Shown here: positions 18,496 through 27,774 of the stretch, one piece after another
Position numbering within the stretch: position 1 is the stretch's first letter
How the letters are laid out: each line of letters opens with the position of its first letter
NCBI GenBank assembly: GCA_016839515.1
Contig: JAEOUE010000056.1
Span: forward strand, 1-40,457
From: Candidatus Hodarchaeum mangrovi
GTDB lineage: Archaea; Asgardarchaeota; Heimdallarchaeia; Hodarchaeales; Hodarchaeaceae
DNA length: 40,457 bases
Direction of reading: 5' to 3'
The notes under the pieces: model-generated
Databases searched by the model: none
Seen by the model: the letters and a program-made list of their open reading frames with translations, nothing else
What the model was told of the DNA's origin: nothing
Made by a program: the position numbers and the translations under genes

Positions 18496-20379
18496 ATGAA
18501 AAAGGAAGGAACTTTCCTATCTGGGATCATTCTGATCTTATGTCTATTTTTTCTATTAATCACTGTTAAATATCTCCATATCAATAGTATTAATAATCAT
18601 GATAGCAATGATGAGTATTTAACAAGACAAGGTATAGAATCTTTATTAGGAGAAGAAAAGTCCTTTCAAGACGGTTTATCAAATTATTCACTTGATTTAG
18701 AATTAAATACTCAATATCATTATATTAGTGGAACAATGACCTTTGATTTTAAAAATACAGAAGAAATTAGTCTTGATAAATTATATTTCCATTTATTTCC
18801 GAATGCATCAGAATATGAGGAAGAACCAGGTTATATCATTATCAAATCAGTAAAAACCAGTGATAAACTTCAGGATCTTTCATATGATCTAGGTTACCAA
18901 TTACTGAATGTCACACTTCCTCAACCAGTCACTTCTCAAGAATCCTATTCACTTTGGATAGAATTCGAAACTTATATAACAAATAATCAATCGTATCGCC
19001 TAACCTATGGAAATGAGCCCGAAAAAGGTCTTGTCTATGCGCTTTGTACTTATTACCCAATCCTAGCAGTTTATGATATTACTGGTTGGAATCTTGAGCC
19101 ACAGTATTTCATAGGGGACCCATATTATTCTGATATAGCTAACTATTTTGTCAATCTAACCGTTCCAACTGGGTATAAAGTGGCCTCTTCAGGTCAACTA
19201 ACAGCACAGATAGATCTTAATACTCAACAAAAATATCAGTTTCAACTATTAAAAGCAAGAGACTTTAGTTTCGCGGTAAGCCCTGATTTTATATTTGAAT
19301 CAGGATCTCATGGGACAACAGACATATTTATCTATTATCTTCCATTTGTTTCTGAAAATTGGACCGTTAGTGCATTAGATTACGCTCAATACTCATTAGA
19401 GCTCTTTACGAATTTATATGGTCCGTACCCTTATCCTACACTCACTGTTGCTTCAACATATGGATTTTATGGAGGAATGGAATGGCCGGGTTTAGTATAT
19501 ATCCAAGCAGGTTATCCATGGGTCGAAACAACAATTGCACATGAAATCTGCCATCAATGGTTTTATGCAATAGTAGGAAATGATCAATTAGATGAAGGAT
19601 TTTTAGATGAAGGTATTGTATGTTACAATCATTGGTATTACACTGAAGAGCGATATAACTGGAAAGGCTTTTTTGATGAACATCTATGGAGAACAGCCGA
19701 AACAAGTAATACTACAAGCTTTCCAGAAGGATTAGTCATAAATCGCTCAATCAATGAGATTATTGAGCGAGGATTAGATCCCCAATATTATTGGGAGACC
19801 GCTTATCACAAAGCTCCGGCAGTATATCACCTTCTTCGGACTTATATTGGCGATCAATTTTTTTTTAATGCTCTACAACGCTATTACTCCCTTTATAGTT
19901 TTGAAATAGCTACTTTCCAAGATCTTATTGATTGTTTCAATTATTATACCAATATCAACTGGTTTCTTCCATGGTTTAATGAAGGTTTTATACCTGAAAT
20001 TGAAATACACTCGTTTGGTTTGCGTGAATCAATTGATGGTAACAATTATTGTCTTTCAATTACACTCAAACAAAATGGTTCCTCTATTTATCCAACAATA
20101 ATCCCTTTTCTTGTCTCTTTTTCTGATAAACCAAATATTCTAATCTGGATTTGGTGTAATGATTCTTCACCAATTACTTTTCATAAAACATTTCCTGAAA
20201 AGCCAGTGAGTATCTCAATAGATCCAAATAGTGGTTATTTGTACTCTTTAACACTCCTCCTGATGAATCCATTAATCTTAGAACCTACCACTACTTCTAG
20301 TAGAACCACTGGATTTATCTTCTCAATGTCTATTCTAGTATTAGTAGTAGTTTTTCTAATGAGAAAAAGGACAAAATGA
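18496..20379 (+). CDS. M1 family zinc aminopeptidase, secreted and membrane-anchored
   Basis: GGMEWPG exopeptidase motif, HEICH-x18-E, Y.K catalytic region; N-terminal signal/TM and C-terminal Thr/Ser linker-TGF-TM-RKRTK tail. Confidence 0.92.
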   Translation: MKKEGTFLSGIILILCLFFLLITVKYLHINSINNHDSNDEYLTRQGIESLLGEEKSFQDGLSNYSLDLELNTQYHYISGTMTFDFKNTEEISLDKLYFHLFPNASEYEEEPGYIIIKSVKTSDKLQDLSYDLGYQLLNVTLPQPVTSQESYSLWIEFETYITNNQSYRLTYGNEPEKGLVYALCTYYPILAVYDITGWNLEPQYFIGDPYYSDIANYFVNLTVPTGYKVASSGQLTAQIDLNTQQKYQFQLLKARDFSFAVSPDFIFESGSHGTTDIFIYYLPFVSENWTVSALDYAQYSLELFTNLYGPYPYPTLTVASTYGFYGGMEWPGLVYIQAGYPWVETTIAHEICHQWFYAIVGNDQLDEGFLDEGIVCYNHWYYTEERYNWKGFFDEHLWRTAETSNTTSFPEGLVINRSINEIIERGLDPQYYWETAYHKAPAVYHLLRTYIGDQFFFNALQRYYSLYSFEIATFQDLIDCFNYYTNINWFLPWFNEGFIPEIEIHSFGLRESIDGNNYCLSITLKQNGSSIYPTIIPFLVSFSDKPNILIWIWCNDSSPITFHKTFPEKPVSISIDPNSGYLYSLTLLLMNPLILEPTTTSSRTTGFIFSMSILVLVVVFLMRKRTK

Positions 20380-20543
20380 AACTAAAAAAATTAAGGACTT
20401 CAATTTCTGTTAACCATAATTAATTCTATCAAATCAAATTCTAATTTATCAATGGGATAAATTTATCCTACATGACTGCAAGGAGAAGAGACCTAGAAAA
20501 TCTAATAATTGATTAGCATTTAATAAATTCTTTTGAAAAGATC

Positions 20544-20789
20544 TTACTCAATCAATTGGGGAATAATTACATATTTACTTGCTGAGATATCTTTCCTTGT
20601 TAGCTCTTTTAGAAATTTATAATACTCTTTTTCTGCTTTGGCAATTCTTAAAAGAATTTCAGATTTATGAGTATCCTTTACAATGGAGGCTAGCTTCTTA
20701 TAAATATAATAGCTTGTGATTTCATCCTTTTGAGCACTGATTAAAGCTTTTTTTGTGGTTTTGTCAATAATTGTCATATAATTCGCCAT
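20544..20789 (-). pseudogene. Truncated N-terminal ferritin-like domain of a rubrerythrin/VIT1-CCC1-type protein
   Basis: AQKDEITSYYIYKKLA...ILLRIAKAEKEYYKFLKELTRKD resembles the Q..EITE..IY.KLA...L..IA.DE..H...W pattern. The metal-binding E and H positions are degenerate and the rest of the protein is missing. Confidence 0.55.
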
Positions 20790-20873
20790 AAATTTAATTT
20801 TAAGATTTAATTTAATCCTTCTGTAGTCATCTGATTATAAATCTGAGCTATAATTCCTCATGTTTAAGTTCTT

Positions 20874-20948
20874 CAACACCCTGTTTAAAAGTTGGTACAG
20901 GTTGTATTAAGTTTGAAACAGGCTGTTCGACAGTCTAGGTTTTTATAA
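20874..20948 (+). promoter_or_regulatory. Imperfect inverted repeat plus TATA-like box upstream of the DUF3160 gene
   Basis: CAACACCCTGTTTAAA ... TTTGAAACAGGCTGTTCG (20874-20929), near-palindrome CTGTTCGACAG, then TTTTATAA at 20941-20948. Confidence 0.45.
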
Positions 20949-21004
20949 TTAAATTTCTTGATATTAAGTGTCCTAAAAACACTTTTACGGAGTGTAATAA
21001 TATT

Positions 21005-23188
21005 ATGAATAAAAATATACTGCTTGCAACATTGAGTGGGGCGTTTTTAGCCATAGTTCTATTTACCGTCGCTTTTAGTTTATTGGATCCTAGGTTTATT
21101 AATCCGAATTATCCTGAATACAACTCTCCTCCAACTATTGATGGAACAGCAGCCAAATTCAAGATAACAGCACCCGTTTCTACTAGTTTTAGTCAATATA
21201 TTCCATATGACCTCTCCTATAAGCCAAGTGTCCCCTATACTCAAATAAAATCAGATTTATCCAATGTAGATCTACAGGGATTGTCTATTAGTCAGACAAC
21301 TAAAACTCAGTTAGCTACTTATGGATTCTCCTTAGTAGATGAGGAAATTGATGACATTTATAAGTTATATATTTCGCAGGAAGAAACACCCAAATTTATT
21401 ACTACAGATTTATGTCTACATGCATATCATGTGTTATATGATATTAGTCTTCGCGTTCTAGAAGGAACTTATCTTAGTCCTGATTTTGAGATCATGCTTA
21501 ATGCTTTACGAGATGATCAAATTTCTCAACGATCTTCAGCAACAGATTTAACTGTATTAGATGCCTTGGATCGCAATATTGCCTATCTTTCTGTTATGCT
21601 TTTTCTTTTAGATAACACAAGTTATCCTGTTCCAAGTTCAGTAGCTTCTCTAGTGAATGCGGAATTGCAGAATATAGAAGCAGGAAATTTCGCTACTTCA
21701 GCCATTTTTGGTTATAATGAGGATTATTCTCAATATAAAGTCCGTGGGCATTATACTCGGAATGATCTCCTCGCCAAGTACTTCAAAGCCATGATGTATG
21801 CTGGCCGAATGGGTTTCCTACTTCAAAGCCCAACGGGTGAGATTGAGATGGGAATTGAGCATACACGAATGAGTATGCTATTAATTTCTTCATTTAATGT
21901 TTCAATTGGTCTGGATAATGTGTGGGATTATTGGGATCGAATTTATGAACCAACTGTATTTTATGTAGGTGCAAGTGACGATTTAACGCCTGCTGAATAT
22001 TATCAGGTGTGGAAACAATATGGATCCCTCATGGGTGACGAGTTATCTGATGAATTAATGATATTAAATATTATCTCAACTTTAAAGGCTTCTCGAAATC
22101 CCCAAATTAATTCAATGCTAATTAATGAGATGTTTGAAATATCAAATGTAACTCAAGGATTTCGCTTAATGGGGCAACGGTTCATCCCTGACTCCTATAT
22201 CTTTCAAAACTTAGTTCATACCGCAGTTCCAGGAAGATTTATGCCAAATGGTTTAGATATTTTGTCCGTGTTTGGAAGTTCACGAGCAGAAAAACATCTA
22301 GAAACTGAAAATAGCACTTATTCAGACTATAATGAACAAATTTTAAACCTTCGAGCTGAATTTGGTAATTTAACAGCTTATGATTGGACTCAGAACCTTT
22401 ATTGGTTATGGCTTTATACACTATTTCCATTGCTTGAACCAGCAACTGAAGGATATCCTAGTTTTATGCTAAGTGACGCATGGACAGATAAAGCACTCAT
22501 GACTACTCTAGGTTCTTGGGCTGAATTACGACACGATACTATCCTGTATGCAAAACAGTCATATACACAGTTCACTTCTATCCCAGAATTATTAAAGGGG
22601 TATGTCGAACCTTATCCCGAGGTTTATGCACGTTTAAGCAGTCTAGTCCAGATGATGAATGATGGCTTGGATACTAGAGGATTACTGGTTGATGCCTTTA
22701 AGAATAAATTAACTCAAATAGAAGCTATTTTTGATCACCTTGTTGAAATTAGTATAAAAGAATTGGAAAATCAACCTTTAAGTGAGAGTGATTATTTCTT
22801 CATTAATCGAGCTGGTGAAGACATTGGTATGCTCGCTAGCTACAGTGATCCCGAGACTTCAAATTATACTTCAGAGGCTGACGATCGGATGGCTATCATC
22901 GCGGATGTACATACTGATCCGAATCTTGGCGAAGTCTTAGAAGTAGGCACAGGAAATGCATTTTCAATCTATGTGGTGGTTTCTGACTCCAATGGTCATC
23001 TTCGACTAACACGAGGAGGAACTTTCTCATACTATGAATTCAAAAATCCTTTAACTAATCGTTTAACAGATGAAGAATGGCACATTATGTTAGATACTAA
23101 CCCTCCAGCTCTTCCAGCTTGGATTGTTGATAATCTCCCTCTCAGTTCAGACTCAGATTTCATTGCTGCCGTTATAAAAGAAGAGTAG
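21005..23188 (+). CDS. DUF3160 domain-containing membrane-anchored extracellular protein
   Basis: FITTD..LH.YH, EDYSQYKVRGHYT, YFKAMM, FRLMGQRFIPDS, SWAELRHDTILYAKQ, GYVEP, IADVHT, SYYEF, RLTDEEW; N-terminal TM. Confidence 0.9.
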   Translation: MNKNILLATLSGAFLAIVLFTVAFSLLDPRFINPNYPEYNSPPTIDGTAAKFKITAPVSTSFSQYIPYDLSYKPSVPYTQIKSDLSNVDLQGLSISQTTKTQLATYGFSLVDEEIDDIYKLYISQEETPKFITTDLCLHAYHVLYDISLRVLEGTYLSPDFEIMLNALRDDQISQRSSATDLTVLDALDRNIAYLSVMLFLLDNTSYPVPSSVASLVNAELQNIEAGNFATSAIFGYNEDYSQYKVRGHYTRNDLLAKYFKAMMYAGRMGFLLQSPTGEIEMGIEHTRMSMLLISSFNVSIGLDNVWDYWDRIYEPTVFYVGASDDLTPAEYYQVWKQYGSLMGDELSDELMILNIISTLKASRNPQINSMLINEMFEISNVTQGFRLMGQRFIPDSYIFQNLVHTAVPGRFMPNGLDILSVFGSSRAEKHLETENSTYSDYNEQILNLRAEFGNLTAYDWTQNLYWLWLYTLFPLLEPATEGYPSFMLSDAWTDKALMTTLGSWAELRHDTILYAKQSYTQFTSIPELLKGYVEPYPEVYARLSSLVQMMNDGLDTRGLLVDAFKNKLTQIEAIFDHLVEISIKELENQPLSESDYFFINRAGEDIGMLASYSDPETSNYTSEADDRMAIIADVHTDPNLGEVLEVGTGNAFSIYVVVSDSNGHLRLTRGGTFSYYEFKNPLTNRLTDEEWHIMLDTNPPALPAWIVDNLPLSSDSDFIAAVIKEE

Positions 23189-23292
23189 GTATTAATAATC
23201 TTCTAATTTTTTCTTCCCCCTATTCTTTATTTATACCTGCATAGAAAACTAGAAATATAAAATTCAGTAACTTTGAATTAGGGGTTTTTTTC

Positions 23293-23733
23293 GTGGCTGA
23301 AATATCCGAAGAGCTCTTACAAGGAAAGACACTACGGATCTATTGGTTTTTACTTGAACATCCAAATACTGGTATTCGAGAGATTGATCGTCAATTAGCA
23401 TTCAATTCCCCCTCGACAGTTCTTTATCATATCAATAAATTATTTGATGTAGGATTAATAAAAAAAACAGTTCAAGATAAATATTATGTCGTGGAACCCA
23501 TCAATAAAGGCATATTCAGTTTATTTTTAAAAATTGGTTCTCACATGATTCCTCGTATTATTTTTTATTTGTCATTCCTTATTATGGCTTGTATCCTGTA
23601 TCTTCTTATTATAATAACCAGATCTCCCTCTATGATTTATTTTGAGGATCTTTTTATAATTTTAATAATAGTGCTTTGCATTTTCTTTTTTTCATTCGAA
23701 GCTTTCTGTATATGGAAGATGAAACCCACTTAG
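23293..23733 (+). CDS. Membrane-anchored winged-helix transcriptional regulator (wHTH + 2 TM)
   Basis: LQGKTLRIYWFLL...GIREIDRQLAFNSPSTVLYHINKL...GLI, followed by IPR and two TM helices; a common archaeal architecture. Confidence 0.85.
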   Translation: MAEISEELLQGKTLRIYWFLLEHPNTGIREIDRQLAFNSPSTVLYHINKLFDVGLIKKTVQDKYYVVEPINKGIFSLFLKIGSHMIPRIIFYLSFLIMACILYLLIIITRSPSMIYFEDLFIILIIVLCIFFFSFEAFCIWKMKPT

Positions 23734-23824
23734 TGTTTCACATGTTAAATTAATAGTTTTTATCTCGAATTTTCTATCAAATCTTTAGGTGAATTTATTA
23801 GTTGTTACAAATTTGGTGCAATTC

Positions 23825-24997
23825 ATGTCTAATTATGCAGTACTCGGATTAGGAATGATGGGGTCGGCAATTTGCTACGATTTGTTGCATGATGATAATT
23901 CGTATGTATATGCTTTTGATGCTGATGAAAATCGTTTATCTCAGGCAAGTTCATTATTTTCCAGATCTAATAGGTTTTATTCTTTCCCCCTACAATTAAA
24001 CGTAACCGATCCTCTCAATAATCATCCTTTAATTCAATTCATTCAAGAGAAAAATATTTCTCTTGTGTTTGGTGCGATTGATTATCGATATAACTACTAT
24101 CTTTCACAGCTTTGTATTGCAGCAGGAGCACATTTTGTAGATTTGGGTGGAAATCCAGCAATCGTAAAAAAACAACGTACATTAGATCAATTAGCAAAAG
24201 ATCACGAGATAACAATAATCCCAGATCTTGGTCTTGCCCCAGGTATGATTAATATCATTGCAGCTTATGCTATGACTAAATTTGACCTACTGTCGGATTG
24301 CCATCTTAGAGTAGGTGGTCTCCCTCAAAATCCTAAGACTTCACTTAATTACCAGCAAGTATTTTCTATTCGAGGTTTAACAAATGAATATCTTGAAGAT
24401 GCAGTTATTATTCGAGATCGTGTAATTAAAACCATTCCTTCTCTTACTGAAGTTGAAATATTGACTTTTCCTGATCCATGGGGAGAGTTAGAGGCATTTC
24501 ATACAGCAGGAGGATCCTCTTCTCTTCCAGAACTTTACGTCGGAAAAATCAATCATTTAACGTATAAAACAATTCGCTTCCCTGGACACTGTCGATATTT
24601 CCAATTTTTAAAAGAATTTGGTCTGCTTTCATCAGAACCTCTTCCCTTCAATCCAATTTTCACACCAAGAGAAGTAATTGAATACTTTTTGAAGCAAAAT
24701 CTTCCTCATAATGAACCTGATGTTATTCTTGCACGAATTGCAGTCTCAGGAAGCTTTCAAGGAAATAAGAAAGTACATATCTATGAATTAATAGATTATA
24801 TGGATAAAGAAACAGGTTATTCTGCAATGGCGCGGACAACATCTTTTCCCACAAGTATTATAGGTCAATTTATTGTTAAAGGAGTAATAAGCCCATTTGG
24901 AGTCCTTTATGCAGAACAATCAGTTCCTTATGAATTATTTTTAGATGAATTAGCTAAACGTAACATCAAATTCTTTTTTCGTGAGGAATCCATTTAG
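23825..24997 (+). CDS. Saccharopine dehydrogenase / lysine 6-dehydrogenase family protein
   Basis: GLGMMG Rossmann motif, DLGG, GLAPG, VGGLPQ.P, GLTNEY, YKTIRFPGH, AMARTT. ATG at 23825 preferred over the GTG at 23789. Confidence 0.9.
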   Translation: MSNYAVLGLGMMGSAICYDLLHDDNSYVYAFDADENRLSQASSLFSRSNRFYSFPLQLNVTDPLNNHPLIQFIQEKNISLVFGAIDYRYNYYLSQLCIAAGAHFVDLGGNPAIVKKQRTLDQLAKDHEITIIPDLGLAPGMINIIAAYAMTKFDLLSDCHLRVGGLPQNPKTSLNYQQVFSIRGLTNEYLEDAVIIRDRVIKTIPSLTEVEILTFPDPWGELEAFHTAGGSSSLPELYVGKINHLTYKTIRFPGHCRYFQFLKEFGLLSSEPLPFNPIFTPREVIEYFLKQNLPHNEPDVILARIAVSGSFQGNKKVHIYELIDYMDKETGYSAMARTTSFPTSIIGQFIVKGVISPFGVLYAEQSVPYELFLDELAKRNIKFFFREESI

Positions 24998-25059
24998 TAT
25001 CCTTAATTCATTCCTTTCCCCTTTCCTTCAGAACTAAGGAATTTTCCTCATAGTCTGAA

Positions 25060-26232
25060 TCATGAAATAGGAAGAAGCCTCTCATTAATAAAAATTTCTA
25101 AGTCTTGAATTTTGCCTTTTAATTCCGTTAATTGATCTTTTTTCAACTCACGATAAAGACTCCAAACAATGTCATAATTATCTTTAGTTCCTTCAAGTTC
25201 CCAGCGTCCAATTATCTCATGACCTAACCAGATTGATGGTCGAAGTTCGCCAGAAACATTCATTCCTTTGACCTTTGGATCCTCTGGAACTGGATCTGAG
25301 GGCCAGTAAAACCGTCTGTTTCGTGGAAATAAGCGTATTTTCATTTCTTCACTAAGATACCATGAACGACTGATATAGGCTTTAGGAAAATGGTCTTCAT
25401 ATGGAAGTAAGAAAATTTCAGGGTTGTAATCTTCATCCAATTCAAAAAATCGGTTATAATCTTGTTTGGTCATAATAGATTGTTCTTCTCCAATATTGAA
25501 GACTTCAAGATCAGATGAAATATTTTCAATAGTCTCTCGTACAAGTGTTTTAGTAAAATTAAAACACCATGCTATATCTTCAACTGTTACTGGACCAAAG
25601 ATGCTAATATATTTTTTTGTTAGGTTTTGGATAGCTTCTGTTTCTGAATATTGTTTAAGATTAACCAAAGGCATCCATTGCTTGAATAAAGCATATGAAG
25701 TTAAATTACTTCTCGCATGACTCGCTGATGCCCTTATTACTAGACCACGAGCCATTGCTAGGAATAATACTGGTCTAAAAATGGATTTCAAAGAGGGGAG
25801 GTGTTTATTTATTTCAGTTGTCTTTAAAGGACCTTCAGTCTCTAGTAAAGAACACAGCTGTTCAACACCCTCTTCTATTTTCTCAGGTCCAAGAGTTTTG
25901 ATATATGAGTCGTTCTGAGTTCTTCGAATATAATTACCTTCTAATGCTTTTAATATCAGTGCAAGGTTATCTGAATGAACCACAAAATTAGTCGAACGAA
26001 ATGCGTTTATTCTAGCAAGACCTTTACCTGTATTAATGGCTTCAAAGATTGTTTTTGGATCATAATCACCGATTCGACTAAATAATGAAAGATATGGTGT
26101 CCAATAATCGGTTGAATGAAGTCCTAAAAGGTTATAAATTACATCAAAAATATTTGGAGCAGATTGGGTGACCAAGTACTGCTTGTAAAGTTTATTGTAT
26201 CTGAACTTCTTGAAATTTATCCCTTTTTCCAT
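25060..26232 (-). CDS. AlkZ/YcaQ-like (HTH_42) DNA glycosylase family protein
   Basis: GLHSTD..PYLSLFSR, YISIFGPVT.EDIAW, FLLPYED and G.IIGRW match the family layout. Confidence 0.82.
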   Translation of the reverse strand: MEKGINFKKFRYNKLYKQYLVTQSAPNIFDVIYNLLGLHSTDYWTPYLSLFSRIGDYDPKTIFEAINTGKGLARINAFRSTNFVVHSDNLALILKALEGNYIRRTQNDSYIKTLGPEKIEEGVEQLCSLLETEGPLKTTEINKHLPSLKSIFRPVLFLAMARGLVIRASASHARSNLTSYALFKQWMPLVNLKQYSETEAIQNLTKKYISIFGPVTVEDIAWCFNFTKTLVRETIENISSDLEVFNIGEEQSIMTKQDYNRFFELDEDYNPEIFLLPYEDHFPKAYISRSWYLSEEMKIRLFPRNRRFYWPSDPVPEDPKVKGMNVSGELRPSIWLGHEIIGRWELEGTKDNYDIVWSLYRELKKDQLTELKGKIQDLEIFINERLLPIS

Positions 26233-26296
26233 CGATTAATCCTTCTTAATGTTTAACCATTCGGATTCTCCCCAATATGACCACTATTTCTATATT

Positions 26297-27514
26297 CTAT
26301 CTTTCCTTCCCAATAGTAAACTTGAGAAAATCTTGTAATTCTTCTGCATGATGTCCAAGAACAACACAATGATGATTAGCAATTGATCTTTCAAAAAAAT
26401 AATCAACAGGATCCTCTAGCTCAATCTCAATTTGAGTTCGACATGCTGACTCATTTGTCACATTCCTAACAACTCGTCCTTCTGAGACCCACCACTTGGA
26501 TAAGTCAGAACCTCCAATTTTTACAACCGTTACCTCCTGTTGAGGAGAGAAGAATCCTTGAATGGCAACGCTTTTATCTGTTTCAAAATGTGTTTTAATG
26601 TTATAATTTTCTATCATTGTTCTAGGGACTGTACAATGAGCAAGATTTACGTGGTTTGTTTTTATATCCACATCTACAACATTACTCATAAAAACAGGTT
26701 TTTGGATTATTTTATTTACCAAAAACATTGTAAAGGTCGTTGGGATATCACCTTCACATCCTGCAATTAATCCTTGATCATTTAGATAGGAAAGAGCAAA
26801 GCAAGATGTAATCTCTGTTTTAACAACAAGAGTGAAGCATTCAATAGAGACAATGTCTAGCTGATATTTCTTAACTATAGTCTCTATAGTTTTTAATGCT
26901 AATTCCGCTTTCCTTACCTCTTCTTCTCCCACTTCACACTCTGAAGCTTGATCAAGAAAATTCTTCCCATTTTTACTTAATTCTCCTTGATTAACATTAA
27001 TCCCATCAATTAATTCCTCAATAGGAATGTGAATGATTTCTATCCCCCAATATTTTTTTATCTTTTCTTCGTCGACTTGTGAAGCAATAAGCCATTCAGA
27101 TGACTTTCCTATTAAACCCATTCTTGAATTCTTAATTTTATCTAAAACAATATCGAAATATTTAATATTTTCAAGAAAATTACTAAGACCATGCGCTATT
27201 CTAACTTTTCTTCCCTGATCTTGAAGATACTCACGAACCTCCATTGCAGCAGGAAGAGAATTATTCAAGTCATAACTCAACAGAGAGATTGGTGAAATTA
27301 GATTAAGTTGATTTACAAAAGACACAATATCCTTCTCGGTTCCACCCGTTCCTACAAATAAGTACAATAAATGATCCTGTAGTTCCAATTGCTGATTTAA
27401 ATAATCTAAAGGATGTTTAATTTGAATATTTTTAATTTCAAACTGTTTAAGGACAATTTTTTGCATTTCTTTAGAAGAGAGCGGAGAGAAAAAAGGCACA
27501 ATAAAAATTCCCAA
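26297..27514 (-). CDS. L-fucose/L-arabinose isomerase family protein
   Basis: TGGTE, NSLPAAME, SEWLIAS, ECF, GCEGD, LAHCTVP, THFE, CRTQ and NHH motifs. Confidence 0.85.
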   Translation of the reverse strand: MGIFIVPFFSPLSSKEMQKIVLKQFEIKNIQIKHPLDYLNQQLELQDHLLYLFVGTGGTEKDIVSFVNQLNLISPISLLSYDLNNSLPAAMEVREYLQDQGRKVRIAHGLSNFLENIKYFDIVLDKIKNSRMGLIGKSSEWLIASQVDEEKIKKYWGIEIIHIPIEELIDGINVNQGELSKNGKNFLDQASECEVGEEEVRKAELALKTIETIVKKYQLDIVSIECFTLVVKTEITSCFALSYLNDQGLIAGCEGDIPTTFTMFLVNKIIQKPVFMSNVVDVDIKTNHVNLAHCTVPRTMIENYNIKTHFETDKSVAIQGFFSPQQEVTVVKIGGSDLSKWWVSEGRVVRNVTNESACRTQIEIELEDPVDYFFERSIANHHCVVLGHHAEELQDFLKFTIGKER

Positions 27515-27774
27515 ATAATATACTTCCTGTGTTTAAAAAAATATTTTCAACATGCTATTTTTAATTCATCCGCTCAATTCACTGAGGTTATTTTTTGGAA
27601 TTTTATTCAAATATTGGAATAACATACCGAAAAGGAGAAGCTAAGAAGAATAGAAGATAACTATCTAAATCTAAGTTATCTAGAGTTAGATCTTCTTCTT
27701 TACCAAAATCAAAATTTTCTAAAAACCTTCCAGATTGCTATCTCACAAATAAGAAATGGAGCTGAATAATTGAC

